DNA of 64,000 bases from Piedraia hortae CBS 480.64 (taxonomy: Eukaryota): positions 186,001-250,000 of the forward strand of contig MU005978.1 in assembly GCA_010093745.1 (NCBI GenBank), in the 5' to 3' direction. Both the position numbers and the translations under genes were made by a program. This document shows positions 58,151 through 64,000 of the stretch, one piece after another; the first letter of the stretch is position 1; every line of letters starts with the position of its first letter. The notes beneath the pieces were generated by a model that did no database searches, was not told where the DNA came from, and was given only the letters and a program-made list of their open reading frames with translations.

Positions 58151-59080
58151 ATGCATTTATCTAGGGAGCTTTGCGTCCAGGGGATACCGGGCGCCGGGCG
58201 CGGTGCAGTCGCAACGCAGGACATTGCCGAGTCCACGGAGATTTTGTGCAGCAGCCAACCAGTAGCTTACGTGGTATTCAAAAATTACAAAAAAGAAGTC
58301 TGCGCCCAGTGTTTTTCTTATGACAACGGTCGCACTCTACCTGTGCGAGACGTGTTGCATGGAAAGGTGTTCTGCTCGTCTCAGTGCGAGCGCTTGTGGA
58401 ATGATGAGCAAGGCCCACTCGGACGCGAGGCATGGGCAAAGCTGCAAAAATTTGCATTACCTTACATACAAAGCAACGACGCTGTAAGTTTCCCAGGACC
58501 GAGCGAAATCAACCAAAAATGGTCCGAAGCCGAGTCGAAGTCTCAAGGTAGACTCGCTGACCCGGATATAATGGCCTTTTTTCTATCAGCTGTTTTGTGC
58601 CATCGCAACCATCCAAGCGAATGGCAGCAGATCCTAGACCTCGCCCAGGATGATCAGCCTTATTCCAGCCACCACGACCTCCAAGTCCACTGTGATAGCT
58701 TCGCCCAGTTATCCGGTCTAATTCCATCAGAGCTCCGACAAAGTTGCATGGCAACCCTGTGTCAAATAGCGACGAAGGCGGCAAGCCACAATGCCTTTGG
58801 CATCCGTGTGGGAGGCCATGGTGAGGAATACGCCGGCTGGGGTGTATATCCCCTGGCTAGCTATTTTAATCATTCGTGCAGACCTAACGTGAGCAAGCAA
58901 CGTGTGGGACGGGGGTGGGTTTTCACAGCGGCGAGGCCAATTGCGGCTGGTGAAGAGTGCTGTATTAGCTATATCGGCGGGGAAGAGGAGGAGTTGGATA
59001 CGAGGGCGAGGAGGGCAAAGTTGAAGCAATCTTGGGCCTTCGAGTGTGCTTGTGAAAGGTGTACCTTTGGACCTGGTTAA
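58151..59080 (+). CDS. SET6: SET-domain (SMYD / Set6-like) lysine methyltransferase
   Basis: GRGAVATQDI, MYND-like CAQCF..FCSSQC, SYFNHSCRPN, ECCISY, post-SET FECACERC. Confidence 0.8.
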   Translation: MHLSRELCVQGIPGAGRGAVATQDIAESTEILCSSQPVAYVVFKNYKKEVCAQCFSYDNGRTLPVRDVLHGKVFCSSQCERLWNDEQGPLGREAWAKLQKFALPYIQSNDAVSFPGPSEINQKWSEAESKSQGRLADPDIMAFFLSAVLCHRNHPSEWQQILDLAQDDQPYSSHHDLQVHCDSFAQLSGLIPSELRQSCMATLCQIATKAASHNAFGIRVGGHGEEYAGWGVYPLASYFNHSCRPNVSKQRVGRGWVFTAARPIAAGEECCISYIGGEEEELDTRARRAKLKQSWAFECACERCTFGPG

Positions 59081-60029
59081 AACGATTTCTTGAAATCTTG
59101 TGTTGGGTAGATCAAGATAAGGGGGTAACGCTCGAGTATGTTATTGGATTGTCGTGGTGCCTAGATCGTATGTACACCGCGTGTGGTGCCTGGTGCCGAA
59201 TAATCACTACGCTGACACATTTCAGCATAGTTCATGTCGTAAAAGGTCGCTAATCAATGCATGGGTGTTACCGAAGACTTGGCAAAGCCCCCCACCTTGG
59301 CAATTGCGATTCGCTGTTCCACCCCAGGACTCATCGCCCGCCTGACACACCGTTTTCTTTAGAGGCTTAAAATGGCTAAATGTTGCGGGGGAGGCTGGTC
59401 CCAACGTGGTTTGTTTTTTGGGCCTGGAACTTCAACCGTTCCTGGTCATCGGGCAGGTCACTTTCAGATCATGTGGAGATACAAGGTGAAGGAAGATGTG
59501 GATGACACACAGCTCAGACAGTACATATGTACTTGGCGACAACGACCAGCATCGTGACCCTACTGCATGCATGCACGCGTGCGAATACCTACTGATCACC
59601 CCACGGAACCATATTGGCCTGCAAAGCGGCTAAAGAGGCAATTAAAGCAACGCCTTGACGTAAAGTTTAAACCACGTCTAGAAGGAAATACGCATTCTAC
59701 AGCTAGCTACACCGCTTTAGATCAAGAGAACTTTGGTTAAGATCTAGATTCCAGGCAGTGGAGTGATTCGGACGGGGAATGGTCATTGCTGATCCCAGTG
59801 AATGACGGACGTACGTGCACCCGTTGGATAGTAATTCCCCGCCCCTTCAAAGAGCGGCCGGAGAAGCGCCGTTCGGGACGACCAATGATGCCGGGCTGCA
59901 GCCGAAAGATGATGAGGGTAGGGCCCTTTGCTTTGCCCCGGCCCGTGACGGCGATCGATGAGACTTTCCTGCGGGGCCGGGGACTGCATATAAGCACTGG
60001 ACCCAGACCCGTGGGGCCTGTCAAAAGCT

Positions 60030-61942
60030 ATGGAAAAGGAGCAGCAGACGCTGACAGACAATGTGCCAGCCACTGACAAGTACCAAACCTCGTCGTACGC
60101 CGACCGTCGACGCTTGTCTGCCGCTGAAGTGCAGGAAGCGGTACGCTCGGGTTCCGTGCCCAGCATCGCCAACAGGCAAGAAGCATTCGCCATCGCAAAT
60201 GAGGGCGGGTGGGAGACCGATGCCCTGATCGCTTCACTGGATCAACAACTCGAACATGATCCGCCCAAAAAATCTATCTTCCAGCTTAGCTTCAAAAACC
60301 CAAAGTACTTTACATGGCTCATTGTCGCCTTTGCCTCCATGGGCGGCCTGCTCTCCGGTCTTGACCAGTCCCTCATCTCCGGCGCCAACCTCTTTTTGCC
60401 TGAGGATCTTGGTCTGACTCCACAGCAGAACAGCTTGGTCAACTCAAGCATGCCTCTGGGCGCTGTGCTTGGCGCGTTGCTACTCTCACCTTGTAACGAA
60501 TACCTTGGCCGTCGTCAATCGATTCTCATCTCCTGCTACCTCTATACAATCGGAGCCGCCCTCTGCGCAGGCAGCCAGAGCTTCGGCATGATCATCGCAG
60601 CGCGTGTCATCCTCGGTGCCGGCGTGGGACTCGAAGGTGGCACAGTACCTGTTTACGTCGCTGAGACCGTCGACCGCCGCATTCGCGGCAACCTTGTATC
60701 CCTCTACCAGCTCAACATCGCCCTGGGCGAGGTTCTCGGATACGCCGTGGCAGCCATGTTCATATCCGTCAAGGGTAACTGGCGATATATTCTCGGCTCA
60801 TCCCTCGTCTTCAGCACCGTCATGCTTATAGGCATGCTTTTCATGCCAGAGTCGCCACGTTGGTACCTGCACAAGGGCCGTCTTTTGGACGCATACAAGG
60901 TCTGGAGGCGCATTCGATCAATGGAAAACCCCGAGTCTCGGCGGGAGTTCTTCGTCATGAAGGTCTCTGCAGAGGAAGAAGAAGCAGAGGTCGCGGCTGG
61001 AGCAGGCAGTCGCAAAGCACCATGGTTGGATTTTGCTACCAAACCTCGTGCCCGTCGCGCTATCACCTATGCAAACATCATGATCTTTCTCGGTCAATTC
61101 ACTGGTATCAACGCCGTCATGTAAGCCACCCCCAATCCCACCCCCAATCCCCCCTAACAAAATCAGGTACTACATGAGCGTACTCATGTCCCAAATGGAC
61201 TTCGACAAGTTCCAGTCAAACTACATGTCCCTTGTAGGAGGCGGTTCTCTCCTTATCGGCACAATCCCAGCCGTACGTCCCCCCCCATTCCCCCCTCCAA
61301 CCCCACCCTAACACCCCCCAGATCTTCCTAATGGAAACCTGCGGCCGCCGCTTCTGGGCGATAACCATGCTCCCCGGCTTCTTCGTTGGCCTCCTACTCA
61401 TCGGCATCTCCTACCACGTCGTAGGCCAACAAGCGAAACTCGGCCTCTACCTAACGGGTCTAATCCTCTACATGTCCTTCTTCGGCTCCTACGCGTGCCT
61501 AACCTGGGTCATCCCCTCCGAAGTCTACCCGACCTACCTCCGTTCCTACGGAATGACAACCTCATCCGGCTGGTTATTCCTCTCTTCATTCATCGTAACC
61601 TACAACTTTACCCGAATGCAAAACGCAATGACCCCCTCGGGGTTGATGTTGGGATTCTACGGCGGGATTGCGGTACTTGGATGGTTCTATCAGATCCTCT
61701 TCATGCCGGAGACAAAGGATAAGTCGCTCGAGGAGATTGATCTTATTCTGCAGCAGCCGACGAGGAAGATTGTGCAGCAGAATTTGAGAGGTGCGGTCGA
61801 GACGTTGAAGGATTTGATGGCGTTTAGGTTCAAGAAGGTCTTTGTGGATGCGCATAGGAAGCCACAGGGTTTTACGGGCGGGGCGGGCGAGACGGATAGT
61901 GGGAAGGGGAGTGGGAGTATGAATGAGAAGAGCCCTGCTTGA
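60030..61942 (+). CDS. MFS sugar porter, Frt1/Fsy1-like fructose transporter. Introns 61121-61166, 61273-61321
   Basis: FKNPKYFTWLIVAFASMGGLLSGLDQSLISGA, PESPRW, GQFTGINAVM|YYMS, PETKDKSLEEID. Confidence 0.88.
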
Positions 61943-62316
61943 GCGTGAGGGTTTTCAGTTTGCTTTGGTATATACCCGCTTGACTTTTTTGGTTTCTTCA
62001 AATTCGTAAGGTGTTATTGGAATGTGGATGGGATGAATAATTTGTCAAAGACGGACGTGAACGAAGGAATTTGCTTGTCCGTGTCTCTTCAGCATACAAA
62101 CCACCCCGACCGTTATCCTCTGCTCATAAAGAGGGACCCCACCGAAATGTCAAAAAGGCAAATCGCTTAGTCCACCCCGCTAATACCATCAACTCCTATC
62201 CCCAAGCGGCCATGCTATTACAATGCGCGCCTGTCCTATATGTACGCTCATGCACCGCTCTAATTTTTTTTTTCAGGCCAGCGTTTAGTCATTACCATTC
62301 CGGCCGCTACCTCGGG

Positions 62317-64000
62317 TCAGGCTGCGAGAGAATTATGGGGGTATGGATGGCTCACCCCTGTCTGTGGGTCTATCGGACCGTGGCCCTGAGGGCCACGTCC
62401 TGGCGGTCGTCCCATCAATCCTGGTGCCCGTCCTTGTGGACTGAGCGGATTTCCCGGCGATTGGCTTCCGCGTCGTGATACCGCAGGATAGGGCCCCGAG
62501 TGTGGAAGCTCGTTCAGCCGTTCGGCAGTCAGAGAGTTGCTCCGCGACCCCACTGCCATGTTATGCCTGTCCACACCTCCGTAGCGGTCCGAAGAATATC
62601 CCATGAGCGGATCGTTCATCAACTCCTCGTGCAGACCGGGCATCTGACCCATTAATGACGCACTCGTCCGGTTCTTGCCCGGCCCTCGTTTCCAAGGCGC
62701 CCGTCCGCTTCGTCCGTTTCCTCCCATAGGGAACTCCGGGTTTGACCGCAGCTGATTCGCACTCGGAGCTCTCCTCGTGCGTCGGGACGTGACGCTCATC
62801 ATGTCTAAATTGTCCACCTGGCTTGGCGTTAAAGATGGTATCATGGGATCACCATATCCATCCATGTCATCGTCATCGTCATCATCGCCAGGTGGAGGAC
62901 CACGGTGGGATGGGCCACGTCGCCTTCCCGGAGGGCCCATATGCATCTCGCGCTCACGTAGTGCCAATTCGCGCTGTCGTAAAGCGAGCTCGCGCTCGCG
63001 CAAGGCCAATTCTCCGGCATTCGGGTGACCCATGTGGTTTCCAGCACCTTCATAGCCGTCGTCGTTGTCGTAGATAACAAGATCTCTAAACTCCTCGAGA
63101 TTGTCGCCATCTGCCGAGCCACGGCGGGATTGGTCATTAACACGGGGACCGTAGCCATTGGGCCGGCCATTCATCGATGGCGTTCCACGTCGCAAATGAG
63201 GTGGTGGGGGACCTGATGGAGGCCCTCTGCCACCCGGAGGCCGCATACCAGGCTGACGCATGTTTGGCGGAGCGCCGTTCGGAGGAACATTGGGCGGCAT
63301 CGCCGCAGTAATTGGCTGGGGATTCGGTTGGGCATTGGGGACTGCGGCGGCTCCCTCGACCCGGGCGGACGGGGCGCGTGCGGCCGCTGGCTGTCGCTGC
63401 TGATTTATTATGTTGGTGTTTTGGAGGAGTGCGTAGATGGTAGACAGTCGGGGCACAGGAACATTGAGATTTTCAGCCATCTTGACCGGAAACCCGACCG
63501 TGGCCTCTACTTCCATGGGACGTCGAGCCAGGAAGTCTTGGTACATGGGACTATTGGTATCCGTGGCCATGACCATTTTCTCCATGACCTGCTCAACGAA
63601 CGACTGTGGAAACGAGCAGCCCTGACCGCGCGCAAGGGCCATAAGTTCCTCGATCAGGTTACTGATGAGTGCACGCGCCCCGGGCTTCTCCAATAGATCG
63701 GCGTGTGACGGCGTCTCAAAGAGGACACTGGTCGGATGGAAAGCAATTGGGCTGTCGGTCAGTCAAATGACGCCCGATGCAGCAGAAAAACTTACCCAAT
63801 CGTGCGCTCGTACTGTTGTTGGCGAATGTTGGGCGAAACTTCACAAGTAATGTCCCCAGCTTTCAACGTCAAAGCCAGCGCTTCAGCCATGTCTTGCTGG
63901 ATGGCGGGCGGGATGGATGGATTGCTGTTGGCAGCTCCCACCCACAGTTCCGAGCCGCCTGTGTGCTCAAATTCGCTGGTGCCGATCTGGGACACATCGG
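62317..64000 (-). CDS. Ketopantoate-reductase (PanE/ApbA)-family protein, Svl3/Pam1-like; 5' part outside the window. Intron 63752-63795
   Basis: SPNIRQQQYERTIG|PIAFHPTSVLFE and MYQDFLARRPMEVE, followed by a P/G/R-rich tail. Confidence 0.8.

Noticed and set aside
60030..61942. Horizontal transfer of the Fsy1-like transporter
   Set aside because: It has native-style short introns and the local compositional pattern, and the family occurs in filamentous fungi. Nothing in the sequence suggests foreign origin.
1..64000. CRISPR arrays, prokaryotic defence systems, species-level identification
   Set aside because: The DNA is eukaryotic and intron-containing with no repeat-spacer array. The species cannot be established without a search.

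Overview
This is eukaryotic DNA from a compact filamentous-ascomycete genome. It has short GT-AG introns (mostly 43-59 nt) with CTAAC/CTGAC branch points. About 26 protein-coding genes are present, mostly housekeeping: SEN1 (5'-partial), CHS5, an EthA-type flavin monooxygenase, malate synthase, MCM1, FMP46-like, a questin-oxidase-family protein, LRG1-type RhoGAP, RPB4, RIM15, a DNF1/2 flippase, VMA4, a Pcl5-like cyclin, RRP43, CSN4, TFG2, eIF3d, SET6-like, an FRT1/FSY1-like fructose transporter and a 5'-partial PanE/ApbA-family gene. I found no CRISPR array, rRNA, tRNA, intact transposase or PKS/NRPS. The main unexplained signals are: (1) recurring sharp C/A-rich to G/T-rich switch points that ignore gene orientation; (2) a pseudogene with three tandem Clr2-N-terminal-like silencing domains; (3) a ~900-bp imperfect palindrome; (4) an oversized, strongly folded RPB4 intron; (5) a RIM15 with no room for its receiver domain. 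All calls were made by eye and no database searches were run.
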